NCBI GenBank assembly: GCA_009602725.1 | Contig: WELB01000005.1 | Span: 484,806 to 546,422 of the forward strand | DNA from: Spirogloea muscicola | Lineage: Eukaryota | Direction: 5' to 3' | DNA: 61,617 bases | Shown here: positions 1-13,237 of the stretch, piece after piece | How the letters are laid out: each line of letters begins with the position of its first letter | How positions within the stretch are numbered: position 1 is the first letter of the stretch | Translations under genes and position numbers: made by a program | The notes under the pieces: generated by a model | The model's input: the letters and a program-made list of their open reading frames with translations, nothing else | Told to the model about the DNA's origin: nothing | The model's database searches: none

Positions 1-125
<125 letters not shown>

Positions 126-148
126 CGCGCATGAGAGGGAGTGAGCAC

Positions 149-661
149 GAGTCGCACATACAAGAGTTCCGCACGCTTCCGTACGCACATACAAGAAGTC
201 CGCATCGACGCACATTGCTGGCCACGCAGTTGGAGGTGCTGAGCAGAGAAAGCTCCGACACTACGCTGACTACCCCCGCAGCGCTCACCTCCTACCGGCA
301 ACAATTGACACTTTCGGCTGCATGGTTCCTCGCTTCCATACTCTACTGGAGAATATTGCAAGTTTGGGATATGCTCGACGTGAGGAAATGCTTCCAGCTC
401 AGATGGGCATGCCGGCAGCCTACTTGTCATTCTTGCGACGTCGAGTGTCAGCTTGTCTGCAGCGAGCTCAGGCTCATGCGTTGCATCAGAAAGCTGGTCG
501 AGCCTTAGCTGGTAGCTCAAGAGCTTGTCGATTGCCGTCCAGTATTCGGGCATCAGTTAACGACCTCTATGTGCTCACTCGTGGTTACTGAGCGGGTCAG
601 CTTAGCAGCAGGTAACGTACATTTGTCAATATGCTTGCCTTCGTACTTGGCCACACAGGCC
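149..661 (+). mobile_element. 5'-truncated CRE-like RLE non-LTR retrotransposon 3' end, family E
   Basis: Encodes ...IDTFGCM...RRRVSACLQRAQAHALHQKAGRALAG...DLYVLTRGY-stop. Homologous copies at 10945, 43790 and 53102. Confidence 0.8.
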
Positions 662-687
662 CTCCATCTCTTACTACACTTTCCATT

Positions 688-905
688 TGCTGCTGCCTCT
701 GGCTCTGGCCAGGGGACCCGCTTCCAGGTGCCAAGTTTCTCTGACCTGAGGCTGCTTAGCAGGGGTCACCGAGTGCTTCGTAGCTGCTTACTTTCTTCTT
801 GTGCTTGTTTATCTTAGTGCTTCCCCTGGCCCCTTCTCGTACTTTGTTCATTCTTTTTTAGGCTGGCTTTCCCAGCCCCTATCCTCTATGGGCGAGCCCT
901 TCTCT
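688..905 (+). mobile_element. Retrotransposon 3' end, family A
   Basis: ASGSGQGTRFQ..SDLRLLSRG, then 3'UTR with GGCTGGC-TTT-CCAGCC hairpin ending GGGCGAGCCCTTCT. Confidence 0.85.
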
Positions 906-907
906 CT

Positions 908-978
908 GGACCTTGTCCAATCGTCTTGGGCTGGAATTCCACAGCCAATATCATGAATTGGAAGAGCTTCTTGTTCGC
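908..978 (+). mobile_element. Short retrotransposon 3'UTR end, family F
   Basis: CTTGTCCAAT...GGGCTGG...CAGCC...ATTGGAAGAGCTTCTT has the same architecture as the other family 3' ends. Confidence 0.65.
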
Positions 979-984
979 TCCAGC

Positions 985-1522
985 AACGGGCCGACGGTCT
1001 CCACGCTCGTCGCGTCGACCTTGTGGCCACCCCACCAGCCGGTGGGCCACGTCTCATCCTGGACGTGGTGACCACTGACCCCTATGACCGCTCACACCCA
1101 GCCCAGTGTGCCACCAAGGCTGGATATGCGTTAGCCTGCGCCGCTCGGGCCAAGGAGCTCAAATACGCAGATTCACCCGCGGGAAGACGAGTTCTTCCCG
1201 CTAGCCATCGACACGCACGGGCCGATAGGCGCTTGTTGGCTCGAGCTGCTCAACCTGCTCTCACGTCACGTCATCGTCCGCCGCTTCCATGGGTAGACGG
1301 TGGACTTCCATGCAGCCGGGTCGTTAGCGCAGGTGTACAGCATGCGCTTGGCCGTCTCGCTGCAGAGGTCTATGGCCCGCGCGCTGCACCTGCGTGCCGG
1401 AAGTGCCCTCGCTGCTGCCTCCTGGCTCTGGCCAGGGGCCCCGCTTCCAGGAACCCAGTATCTCTGACCTGAGGCTGCTTAGCAGGGGGTACTGAATGCT
1501 TCGTAGCTGCTTAGTTTTCTTT
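985..1522 (+). mobile_element. Family A RLE-domain fragment
   Basis: RRVDLVA..GGPRLILDVVTTD..AKELKY..RLAVSLQRS..DLRLLSRGY-stop, with frameshifts. Confidence 0.85.
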
Positions 1523-1525
1523 GGT

Positions 1526-2320
1526 CTCCTGCGAGATGGTATGCAGGGGGTGTTTACGGAGGCTGGCTTCAAGGTAGCTGTGGAGAACTCCTCAACAAAA
1601 AAACAAATAGAATAATTTAAAAAAAAATAATGCCCATCCAGCTGGGCGCGGACGGCCAGCCCCATAGACGACGCGCCGACCTGGTCGCCATCCCGCCGGG
1701 CGGCGGTCCCCGCATCATCGCCGATGTGGTGACAACTGAGTGCATCGACTCCGCCAAACTCCGCCAATCCCACCAGAACGGCGTCGTTTGCAGGGCACGC
1801 GGTCGGCCAGGCGGCTCGGGGCGAGGAGCGAAAATATGCTGATCACCCGGTTGGTGATGAATGCGCGGCCCTGGAGATGGATGTACACGGGGCTTTCGGC
1901 AGCCGCTGGCTGGATCTCCTTCAGCGGCTTGCCCGCCAGGCCATTGACCGGCGGCCGGGTCTGCCAGGGGCGATGCCCGGCTTCAAGGCCGCCGGTTCGC
2001 TCGCACAAGTCTTCCGCATGCGCCTGGCCGTATCGCTGCAACGCTCCCTTGCCCACGCCGTCCACACGCGAGCAGGCCGTGCTATGGCCGCCGCCTCTGG
2101 GTCTCGGCGGAGTGCCTCTTTCCCTGCAGCGAGCTACTCAGACCTGATGTTGCTCACTCGTGGGTACTGAGCTTCCCTCTGCATCGTCTCTGTGTTCTGC
2201 AGTGTTTTGTAGTGTAGTCCATTTTCCGGCTCCTCTTTCTTTGGCTGTGGACATTGTCCATTCTTTTTTGGGCTGGCTTTGCCAGTCCCTCTTCTCTATA
2301 GGCGCGCACTTCTCTCTTTC
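1526..2320 (+). mobile_element. Family B RLE-domain fragment plus 3'UTR
   Basis: LLRDGMQGVFTEAGFKVAVENS..RRADLV..IIADVVTT..DVHGAFG..RLAVSLQRS..DLMLLTRGY-stop. Hairpin 3'UTR and CT tail. Confidence 0.88.
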
Positions 2321-3104
2321 TTCCCTCTCACGCACCTGCCCTCCGTACGAGTGGTGACACGCATGTGATTCGGTGTGACGCGCCTGCTACGCGGTATAAT
2401 GCGCAGGGCGTGCCGACTCCAAAAGAGAACAGCGCTTCCGATTGATTCCAAACCAGAAGCCGCTTGGCCGGCCATTCTCATGAACCTGCCCTCGCAGTGG
2501 TGCCCTCTCGTCGGGCCCGCCTTCTCCAAGGTGGGCATAGAAGCGAGCCTACCCCGGGGAGGGTGGCACATGAACCACCATAAGTAGGGCTGAGATCAGA
2601 CTTGGGCTACTCCCGTCAGGATTAGTGAGGCCCACGAGAGAGAGAGGCGCACAGCCCTGCTGCTGCCTGCTGCCGCAGCCCGCAAACGCAGCCCTGCTGC
2701 TGCCTGCTGCTGCAGCCCGTCGCCGCAGCCTGGCGCTGCGGAATTTTCCGGGTCTTCTGTGAGAAGTCTGTGCCTGTCTCCCCTTGGGGGACAGATGCTG
2801 GCAATGCCCAAGAGGTGAGTCGTCACCTGTCGGCGCCGCGTCAGGGCAAGGTATTCCGCTGCGCTGTGTACGTGGTGCTTCACTGTGTTGGGGGTCCGCT
2901 TCTAAACCCCTAGTGACCAAAGCCAAGAAGGACGGATCAAACCTGACTGTGTGTATAGGGGTGGGGTTGTTAAATTGCAGAATGCCCAGCTCAGCTCGGG
3001 AGTGTGGAGCGAAGAAGAATGAAATCTAAATGCCATTCTGGACAGTTGGGTTGTAGACAAGAGTGCAAGATTCACACGAGTCATCATGCCATGAAGTGGC
3101 TGTA

Positions 3105-4028
3105 AAGGTCGCTCATCCAAAGGGTACGAGGGCTGCGAAAAGCCAGCACCAAAAGATTGGGCAAATCTCCGCAGGGATTCGGATTTTTTTGAGCGGGGGA
3201 TGGAGGGGAGGTAGTGGACGAGTGGCGCGAGCAAGCCGACCGATATGTGGCGTGGTTCATTGGGAAAGAGAGAAGGGCTCGCCCATTGAGGATAGGGGCT
3301 GGAAAAAGCCAGCCCAGAAAAGAATGAACAAAGGACGAGAAGGGATCAGGGGAAGTACGAAGAACAACAAGCACTAAAAAGAAACGAAGCAGCTACGAAG
3401 CACTTAGTAAGCAGCCTCAGGTCAGAGAGACTGGGTTGCTGGAAGCGGGTCCCCTGGCCAGAGCCAGAGGCAGCAGCGAGGGCTCTGCCTGCACGCAAAT
3501 GCAGCGCGCGGGCCATTGACCTCTGCAGCGAGACGGCCAAGCGCGTGCGGTACACCTGCGCTAGCGACCCTGCTGTCCCTGCTGGGAAAGAGATGTCTTC
3601 GAGAGTTAGCATTGAGTGTCAACTTGACAGCGCAAAGGAACGAAGTCCACTTGTCCGCTCCTTCTGTGCTGGCCGTTTTGAACCATCGCCTCTATGGAAG
3701 AAGTTCTTGCTTTCCAAACGTCGCTCTTTCTGGGCTGGCTAATCGCGAGAGAAGAAGCTTCCAGGAGAGGGCGGCGGCTGTGAGAGGCCAGCCCAGAGAA
3801 TTATTAAAAATTTGAACGGGCCAGAGAAAGTGCTGAAATACACAGGGAACTAGGGGGGTTACGAAACACTCAGTAAATCCTGTTGAGCAGCCGCAGGTCG
3901 GATATACGAATTTCCGAGTAGCGGGTCCCCTGGGCAGGGCCAGAGGTTGCAGTTAATGTGCGACCTTGGCACGTTGATGCAGCGCGCGTGCTATTGACCA
4001 GGGCAGCAGCAAGACTGACGTGCATGCG
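3105..4028 (-). mobile_element. Cluster of retrotransposon 3' ends: degenerate J (3105-3180), A (3272-3582), I (3750-4028)
   Basis: The A copy is flanked by the 11-bp direct repeat TGGGAAAGAGA (3261-3271 and 3583-3593). The I copy ends DLRLLNRIY-stop and carries the hairpin UTR. Confidence 0.8.
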
Positions 4029-5750
4029 ATTCTTTTGACAGCCCTCGCCCCCTGGGAGGGACTTACTTGTTTCAGGGCCGTGGCCCCCATTGAAAGAATT
4101 TATCTCTGGCGATGCTTTTGCTCACCATATAGCCTGTCAGGATTGTATGTGCTCACTCGTCGGCACTGAAGTTTCCCTTCTGTGCTTCCGCCCTTATAAG
4201 TTGGCCACTGTAGCCAAGTCTTTACTTTGTGTAGCCCCATCCACTTTTGACTTAAAGAGGCTCGGCTTGGCCTTCCTTCCGTTGGCCTTCCTTTCCGTTT
4301 TGGGACGCGCTGGTCTGGTCAACGTCGCCCATTGGGACCTCAACAAGCGAGGGGGTTGCACATGGGGTGGCGCAAGCAGCGGCGCCGCAGCTGCACACCC
4401 TGTCCTGTAGCTTTGATGGCGCAAGATTGCCTGGCAATCTGCGCCTCGGTCGCAGGATAGGTAAGAAGAGGCGGCAAGGCCCCAAGTTGATTTGGCACCA
4501 GAACAAGACAACTCTCTGCTCTGAATACTAAAGGTAGGACGATTTGCTAGTGCCGCGAGCTCAACTCGACTTATGATCTGCTCAACAGTCTACTAGAAAC
4601 ACGTTGCACACTACCTGAGTTCAATTGACTATACTTCCTCTGTATGTTGGCGGCGAAACAAGCACAGAGCCTAAGCTTGCCACTTCCAATATGCACAAGC
4701 TAGTAGCTAGTCGCAAGAGAAGCCAAGCTCGCATCCACTAAAATACTCGACTAGAATATTTAGTGAATACGAGCTCCAAACTAATCTCAATAATATTCGA
4801 CAGCTACTTACAATCAATGAGGACCAAAGGCCATATTGCCAGGTTGTGAGGTCCAAGACTTACAAGGTGGACCGTGCAAGAAATCTGATCCATTGGGCAA
4901 ATGTGCTTGCATGAGAGATGCTAGGAGGACGTGAAAGCAAACGGATCTTACAAAAGTGCAACTAGTACCATCGCCTGCCAAGGGACCACGATGGCTGCTC
5001 TGCCCTGCAACTTGCTCAGTGGGATCGTAGGCAACCTGCGCTTGCTCGTTGCATGCGCGTAGTATTGTTTACATTCACCGTGTGAGGCCAGACAAGAGTC
5101 TGTTGCGGCAGCCTTTGCTCTTCAATCGTGAGAGTCAAAGCGAGCGACCCATGGGCAGAGCTGCTGCGACTGCAGAGGCGACGAGGTGTTGCATCTTGCT
5201 TTGACGACAGTTGCTGGCCGAGCAGAGACAGCAGCTTGTTGCCTGGTCGGCGGTATCAGGTACCAGCTTTTCTGTCATGCGCGAGGGCCTCGATTGCTAG
5301 ATGGCTTCAATAAGTCCAAAAAATGATACGTGCAAGCATGCACAGCTATGCGATGAACAGAATGCGATGAATGAAAAGTTGGTCGCGTTGTCCAGACGGA
5401 CGAATTAGGCAATTCGATGTGAGGCCAACACGCCAAGGAATGTACAATCCAGTCCACGCTGGTTGCCAGGTAGCAGAAACCTGATAAGGAGCCCGAACTG
5501 TCAGTTTCCACGCTGGAAGAAGCGCTTGGGAAGGAAGGTCCAGTCCTGGGTTTAAGATGTAGAGCCGTTCTCTGCTGGGGCAACGCACCGCCTCCAGCCG
5601 CCGCCGCCCTCTGCGGCACTCGCCGCCGGAGCGCCGTGGCCGTGCCTGGAAAGTGGAGGTAGCGTAGATCCTGGGCTTGTGCTTGGGCGGCTGCTGGGTT
5701 GGGGTCTCGCTGGAGCACCCTCCGACATCCCTAGGCGGCCGAGACCAGCG

Positions 5751-8700
5751 ATGGCCACGGCCGGCAAGGAGAACCGGGTGATGCATCTGGTCGGCTTCAG
5801 CCAGGAGGACGCCGAGGTGCTGTCCCCGCCGCGCCCCCCTCCCCGCTCCTGCTCTCACTCTCTCTCCCTCTCTCTCCCTCTCTCTCCCTCTCTCTCACTC
5901 TCTCTCCCTCTCTCTCTCCCTCTCTCTCTCTCTNGGACCATCGTGAACTTGGGCTTGGCGCCCGCCGGGTCGCCGGTGAAGAAGCCGCACTTCTCCCACC
6001 ACTCGTACCACCTGCAGCAGCCGCAATGTAGCACAGAGCATGAGCTCTCTCTCTCCCTCCCTCTCTCTCCCTCTCTCCCTCTCTCCCTCCCCCTTCCTCT
6101 CTCTTTGACTTCCGAGGAGTATCTCCCCAATCGGCCTCCATCCATTCTCCTTGGCGCCCTCACAGGGTGCTCTGACGACTGCCTTACAGCTGCTGGTGAG
6201 GATTGTCAAGGAATGCCAGAAGCGGCAGGCACGGGGCTCGCAGGGCACGTGGCAGGACTTCCTGGCCGCCACTGTGGACCACGACCGGCGGGCCTCGCAG
6301 GTCGCGCGGGACCCCGCGCGCCGGCCCTGGCGCGTGCTCGCCGCGTTCGTGGAGACGCTCGTCGCCGAGGCCGACATGAAGGCAAGCTCGTCAAGTCCGC
6401 AGAGTTCACCTCTGCTGCGCGGATCCTGCCTCGCCTAGTTGCGCCATCCAGCCCACTGACTTGCCGCGACGTGCGGCGCTCTGGCGGCAGCTCGTGGAGC
6501 GCATCCGGAAGTGGGATCGCGCCCAGCATCGCACCGCAGAGCTAGAAGTGCTGGAGCCCTGGCCGGTCACACCCGCGCAGGTGACCGTCGGGCGCTGGCT
6601 GCTAACTCATTACCACATGCGACTCTTAGCAGCTTGTAGATTGGAAACCAGATTATGGTTTCACTTGGTTAAGCTTGAGTTCATACCGCTGGACTGTGCT
6701 CATGCTCCGTTGTGATGGCACATCTCTGCCACCTTCCGCGTTGTGGAGAAGCAGGAACTTGTGCTGCGGACGCGACGGCACCCAGCCTTTGAGGCCAACT
6801 TCAACTTCCAGTCCTACAACGAGGTCGCGCCTCTTGGCAGTGGCAGCTCAGCAGCCGCTTTGATCGGTCAGCAAGCATGCGCGGTGAGGCCAGCCGGCCT
6901 GACCGCCAAGTGGGACGGGGCTGGCGCGCAGGAATGGGTGCACACCAAGCGTGGCAGCCCAGCTGCGGGTGCGCCAGATCGCCTGCTGTCCATCGACTGC
7001 GAGATGGTGGTCGTCGAGGGCCAGGCCCGCGAGCTCGTGCGCGTTGCCGTCATTGACCAGGCTGGCGAGGTAGTTAGGCCCCGCAACCTGCAGACACACT
7101 CGATTAATGTACCTCGACAACCTTTGAAGTCCTAATTCCTACCTCCCAAATGGAACTTTAGCTGTAGGCAGTGCTGTACCCACAATTGGTTAAGGGTTCG
7201 AGGTTTGAGGTTAGGTGGTCACGACCAAGGGTTAGAGCTTGCTCCTGCCACAGGCTTACCAGGCGAGTCACCGACTGGCGCACCACAAGGCCGCCATGTG
7301 CTCCAGGTGCTGCTAAGCGAGCTGGTGAAGCCGAGCAAGCCTGTGATTGACTACAAGACGGCTATCACCGGAGTCACGGCCGCCGACTTCAAGGGCATCA
7401 GCGTCACGCAGCAGGATGCTCAGGTCTCCAGATTGACACAAGTGCCTCATCTCCATCTCCTTGCCAATGTACTCCACGCAACTAGTATCTGCCACTAGCG
7501 GTACCATGTTGAGTCGCGGAAATTAGCCAGCTGACTCAATGTCACAGCTCTTGCTTGTGTGCATAGAGCGCGGTCAAGAGGCTGCTGATGCCGGGCACGA
7601 TCCTGATTGGGCATGGCCTCCACCACGACCTTAGAGGTCAAGATTTGCAACCTCACATGTCCTCGTGTGATCATCTTGCACGCTTCTCAGGTGCAGCATT
7701 AGCTTCCCTGAGGCCAATTGCAGCACTCAAGTATCGGAAGCTGTGACCTTTGCGCATGCAGCGCTGAGGATCGACCACAGGCGGGTGATAGACACAGCGC
7801 TACTCTTTTGCTACGAGGGCCTGGCCAATGCTGTGCCCGCTCTCGGTGATCTCTGCCGGGTAGACATCAGATGCTGCTTAAGACTAAAGCTTCGGGCTTC
7901 AAGAACTTGGAATGTCCCATTGTCAGCACCTAAATCCTTCAAGAAAGACCAGAAGTCTTTCATTGTGCGCAAGCTGTGACCATGCCAAGCATTCTCCTTT
8001 CCACCATATTTGACATCCCAGTGGCGCATCCATTGTGTTGCTGATTAATTTGCTGAAAGTTGCAACGTTTGGTCGCATGCGATTGCAGGCAGTGCTGGAA
8101 GAGCCATTCCGCGAGGGGTCGGTATCACATGACAGCGTCGAGGATGCGACAGTCCCCATGAAGCTCGTGCTGCACAAGCTCAAGCATGGGCCAACGGCAC
8201 CCCTCAAGGCGCCCAGCCATCATGTATGTCAAGCCTCCTCAGCCCCATGTGCAGCCCTGACCCTACACCAGACTCTGAACCCTGTAGCTCGTTCCAAACT
8301 CTGGCATGCGTCAAAGCCATGAGTCGTCGATCACGCCCAAATGAGCATTGTGCAACACAACCAGTCTGACCCTGCGCTTCATCGCAGTGACGCAGTTTTT
8401 GCTTTTCTGTGGCTCTTCTGATTTTCCTCCTTCTGTCATCACTTTGTCACTGCTTTCTTGTCACCTTGCTCGACTTTGTCGTCTTGCGGGCAGGTGGACA
8501 AGGCTGAGCTGGCCAAGCTGTACATTCATAGAGTGCCCCACGGGGTGAGCCCGCAGGACCTTGCCACTATCTTCCCCAAGGACACCTCCTGCCACATTCA
8601 GGTACAAGAACCTACCACTCTGTTCTCCACTCTCGATTACAATGATGTGTGAGGATTGTTGTGCTGTTGGATCAACGGGCTGTGGTCGGCCTGTAGGTTT

Positions 8701-9911
8701 TGGACTCTTGGTCGATCTGCACATCAAAGGTGCCTTTGATTCCACGACTGTGTATGCACTGGCTGTCTACTTGGGCAGCATCCGTTGTCCAGTGCAAGCA
8801 TGGCAGTGTGAATGGCTCTTTCTTCTGCAACTCATGATGATATACTATGTTGCTCTTAATATCTGGCAGGAGATTAGCTGGAAGCGGCCTGGGCTGGGCA
8901 CCACGTTTGCCATTTTCAAGAACCCAGAGCATGCCAATGCTGCTTTCAGGCACTTGCAAGGCCAGCAGAAACTGGCAAGTGTCTCACCATACAGCCCTCT
9001 TAGGCACAAATGCAGGTGCCCTTTTGCATTGAAGGAAGTCGTTTGCTGAGTCCTTACTTTGCAGCATCAGGAGTCACAGTAAGTCATTGCAATGTTGTGT
9101 AATAAAGTTTGCAGCTCTCCCAGCTGGAATGGCACACGAGCTGACTCTTCGTTGCCATCAAGTGCAGGACGCTTTGGGGCGGGCGCAGAAGGTCGTAAGC
9201 CTCACCGCCGAGGCGGGAGCAAAGGAGGCAGCAGTGGAGGTCGTGGTTCGCAAGATGGGCTGCCACAACGGCCTTGCCTTCGGTGTGGACGGGCGCAAGG
9301 GCGCTGCCTTTGGCCTGAGCCAGGGCTCACGACACACTGCCGTTGCAGCGGCGGCCGTCAGCAAGCCTGCAGCACCGGCGGGTGGGCATGGCAGCAAGAA
9401 TGTGGAGCACGACGATGGCTTCGGCCTCCAGGACGCGGAGGAGGAGGACAGCGGAGTCGTGGAGGTGGTCAGTGAGAGCCCTCGCGCTGAATCGCCAGAT
9501 GGGGCCGTGGACGAGGGTGGAGATGGTGTGGAGGCTCGGGACTGCGTGAAGCGGGGCTGGCACGGCGAGGATTGCACACAGGCCAAGGTCAAGAAGCGAC
9601 GGAAGTCTGACGACGGGGCCGGCGCCAATGCCGGCGACGCCAGTGCCAGCCAAAGGAAGCGGCGGCACAGTGAGGGGCACGCGCAGGCGGGCAACAAGCG
9701 GCAGCAGGCTTTGAGGAGCTCTGCGGCTCCAGGCAAAGCTGCGGCTGTGCTTCAAAGCGAGGGGGCTCGGCAAGCAAGTGTGCCACACGGCAGCACTGCC
9801 AAGCAGCAGGACGAGGTGGAGCGCCTGCGTCACGAGCTGGCGGAGCGATCTGCCGAGGTGGTGGCGCTGCAGAGGCTCGTGACGGAGCTGGCCATGCGGC
9901 AGGCGCCATGA
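5751..9911 (+). CDS. SDN: Small RNA degrading nuclease (SDN-like DEDDh 3'-5' exonuclease with RRM-like region), about 11 exons
   Basis: Spliced exons give LVRIVKECQKR..GTWQDFL, SIDCEMV, VKP..PVIDYKTAITGV, ILIGHGLHHDLRAL, IDTALLF and HDSVEDA. Splice sites are GT/GC-AG. Stop at 9909-9911. Confidence 0.9.
5939..6011 (-). pseudogene. Isolated valyl-tRNA synthetase-like exon inside SDN intron 1
   Basis: cag|..WYEWWEKCGFFTGDPAGAKPKFTM|gt resembles the ValRS segment just before PPPNVTG. Flanked by CT microsatellites and a single n. Confidence 0.6.
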
Positions 9912-10299
9912 GCAGGCTCTTTAGTTTATGAGTTTTTTGGTGCTTCAAGTCGAACATCGGACAAAGGCATTTGCTGCATAAGATCTACTTCGCGACATGT
10001 ATGAGTGGTGAAGCCCGATAACTGTTAAGTCAAACAATGGAAGCTTCTGAGATGCTCGTCAGTGTCTGGGTACATGTGGCCCAACTTCAGGAGCTGCCCT
10101 CTGCTTGCATTCTGATGGGGATTCGCTGTTGACAGACTTCTACCGAAGACGATGTGTAGCTCGCCAAGCCACCTGCCTTAGTGCTCAAGCAGCAGCGAGG
10201 GTGGTGACAGAGTGAGCACTAAGTTGCAGGCGGTTTGTAAAGTAAACCTGGGCAGTGCACAGGAGGCTCTCCCAGCCATCGCCCTCGTCTGGACAACAC

Positions 10300-10392
10300 G
10301 AAACGAAGCAGCTACGTGTTACTCAGTAACCCCTGCTAAGCAGCTTCAGGTCAGAGAAGCTAGGCTCCTGGAAGTGGGTCCCCTGGCCAGAG
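10300..10392 (-). mobile_element. Family A fragment (stop-codon region)
   Basis: GQGTHFQEPSFSDLKLLSRGY-stop, matching family A. Confidence 0.75.
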
Positions 10393-10944
10393 GAGTTATT
10401 CTTGAGGAGGCCCGGGCCATTGACAAGAGTCGGCCCAGAGTGAGGGCTCACGAGGTCGAGCTTGTGTCTCTGGAGGGGGCCGGTAGTGGGAAACCTGCCT
10501 TTGCATGGGTATGATCGAAGCACGCAACGGCAAGTCAGAGGAAAGTGCTGCAGGGTAAGGTGGTGCCGAACGTAGGATGACTGCAATGGGGGCCCGTTCC
10601 AGAAAAAGCCCAATGCATCTGGCGCCCAGCTGCACACGCAGCGCTCGGGCGTCCAGTGGCTGCGACGGCGGAGCAGCACGACCAGCGCCGACGCCGCTGA
10701 GCCTCCGTCCACCTCGCTGAACGCAAGCCCCAGTCGCTGTGGCCCCGGCCTCGGCATCCCAATGCGCTTGCGCTGAGCTGCACTCGTGAAGCTCAGAGGG
10801 AGCTGCCGAGAGGCGAGCTCGCGGATGCACTCCCGGGCGCTGCGCAGCTGCTGGGGCGGGCGCCCCTGGCCCGCGAGCGCGCCAGGCAGCTCGCCGGGCC
10901 CTCGTCCCGTTGCCAGGCCCCGGTGCGCGGCTCCTCCTTGGCTC

Positions 10945-11195
10945 TCGCTCCTTGGCATCGTTCTTGGGCAGTCGCGTGTCGGCCTGCTTGCAGCGTGCTC
11001 AGGCTCTCATGCTTTGCACCAGAGAGCTGGGCGAGCTCTAGTTGGTGGCAGAAGGGCTTGGGATTCGCCATCCGATGTTCAAGCATCGGTTAGCGACCTC
11101 TCTATGTGCTGACCTGCGGTCACTAAGCGGGTCAATTTGCAGTGGGTAATGCATGTCGTCAGATGTGCTTGCCGCTGTACTTGGCCACTTTGGCC
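10945..11195 (+). mobile_element. Degenerate family E fragment
   Basis: RVSACLQRAQA..LHQRAGRAL..SVSDL, homologous to 430-661. Confidence 0.7.
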
Positions 11196-11658
11196 TTCCA
11201 TTTTCACAGTACACGCAAACGTCCCTGGCTCTTGCTCAGCTGCTGGCTGGGGCCCGCCTGCCCTTGCTCTTCGCGTTCGGCTTCTGGGGCTCGAGCTCTC
11301 GATGGCCGCAGCTCCATGCGCCGCCAGTCTCTGACCAATGAAGCAAGACATCTACATTGCAGAATTCAGGGTTGGGGTTGGGCTTGATGGGCTACAGAGA
11401 GAGGGCTTACAGTGAAGACTGTAGGTTGCACGGCCACTGTGAAGCTGACAGCCAACTCGTAAGACTGTGCTGCATCTGCGCAGGCTGCCCGTGCAGCTGC
11501 TTGCCAGCGCCCACCCGTGCGCCGCCTGCTGGCGCCGCTCCCTGGTCGGCTGCCTAGCTGGGGCCGCTTCGCTCGCCGCCCTTGCTAGCCTGCCGTACGG
11601 AGCAGGCCCCAGGACGGCAACAGCTGCGACGCCGAAGTTTGTCTCAACAATCACGAGC

Positions 11659-13237
11659 ATGGCGGAGGGCAATGCAGAGCCCTCCGCAGTAGTTGCCTTT
11701 GTGAGTGTGCCCAACAAGGAGACTGGTATGCTGCTACCCGGCATGCCTGCATGCAGACCCCTTAGAACAGAAATGAAGTATGTATCTGCATAAGCACGTA
11801 CTTGGGCTTAACATTGCTGTTCAGCTTACGAAGCATAATAGCATACCCTGAAAGCCAACCCCTTGGCTCAAAATCTGTACCCCGGAAACCAAGTCCCTCG
11901 GATCCCAAGCACAAGCCGTAGGCTTTAGACCAAATGATGACAAGTCCTCAACATATACAACCTTGAGTGATGAGTATCAAGACACAGAATGGGACCACCA
12001 TCGACCAGGGCAGTCAGGGTGCACGCAGTGCACAGTGCCTTGTCTTGAGCTGGGCAACCTTCGTTCCGATCTCATGGACAGCAAATTGGGGCTGGCTGAA
12101 GTTGCAACTGGGTTGGACCTTGCACCTGCGAAGCTTTCTGGCAATGTGGCATAGTGAGTGAATCAGAGGAGTCTTCATGTGCACGGCGAGCAGGCCAGAT
12201 GCTGGCAAAGGGGCTGGTGGAGCGCAAGCTTGCCGCCTGCGTGAACAGGATACCAGGTACTGGTTGCTGAAACCAGAAAGCCTTCCAGGCCTCTGCTGCA
12301 TTGTGTTTGTGCCACAGAGTGACAACTGCATGAGCCAGTTAATACACAAGGACACTGAAGCTCCCATCCATAGAGAAATTCTGCAGTGTCAAGATTGCAA
12401 ATGAGACAGCTCCTCTTTCGGTGACCTGGTCGCAGACGTGAACTTGTCCATGCTGTGCAGGAGTTGAATCTGTGTATTGGTGGGAAGGAAAGGTAGTTGA
12501 TTGATGTCTCACGCCTTGTGCCATAATGTCAATCTCATGCTGCAAAAGAACCTTCTCTGCTTCCTGGACAAAGCTCAGGCATAACATGGCTTTAAGCAAT
12601 TTCTATGACTACCTAGAATGAGGCGGTTGCTCACTATCCACACTAAGTACGCCTGGGATCTATGATAGCAAGCGATGAATGTATGATCGCGCGCAAGGGC
12701 CCCGTCACAGGCTGGAAGCACCAAAGCTAAGACTCGCGGTAAATCAACACTAGCTAACTTCAATACTCCATGTCACTCTGTGAGGCCCTGTGCATATGTG
12801 GTTCCACAGTTGGAGATGGACCAAGAAGAGCTCCTCATTGTGAAGACCCAGCATGCTCTACTACAGGACGTCACTGACTTTGTGAAAGCACATCACCCCC
12901 ATGAGTGAGGACGCTACCTGTTCACTGTCTAAATTGACAACATGCCCTGCGAGCCTCGCACCTTGTAACTCACTGCCTGTCTCTTCATGCTGCTATAGAC
13001 AGATCACTTTACTATCTGCATCTGCTGGTATCTCAAAATAAGATCGCTGAAAAGGCAGCAAGGGGCTATGATATTCACAGCTAGCAATCCCAGTGCTAAA
13101 GTCTGTACTGATTGAAAAACATATTGTGTCACCCTCATATGCCATTGCACAGCTTGCCGGAGACCATTGGGGTTTCTATAGTTGGCGGCAGCAGCAAGTA
13201 CATTCAGTGGATTGCAGATAGCACGCAGAGGGGCTGA
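11659..13237 (+). CDS. cutA: CutA divalent-cation tolerance protein; an N-terminal transit extension may lie upstream
   Basis: Exons VVAFVSVPNKETG / QMLAKGLVERKLAACVNRIPG / VESVYWWEGK / LEMDQEELLIVKT..HPH / DLPETIGVSIVGGSSKYIQWI..stop at 13235-13237. Confidence 0.9.

Noticed and set aside
2650..2740. CTG-rich duplicated segment
   Set aside because: Low-complexity slippage, with no ORF or element boundaries found.
5751..9911. Functional link between the SDN nuclease and neighbouring nests
   Set aside because: Nests flank many unrelated genes, so adjacency is uninformative.
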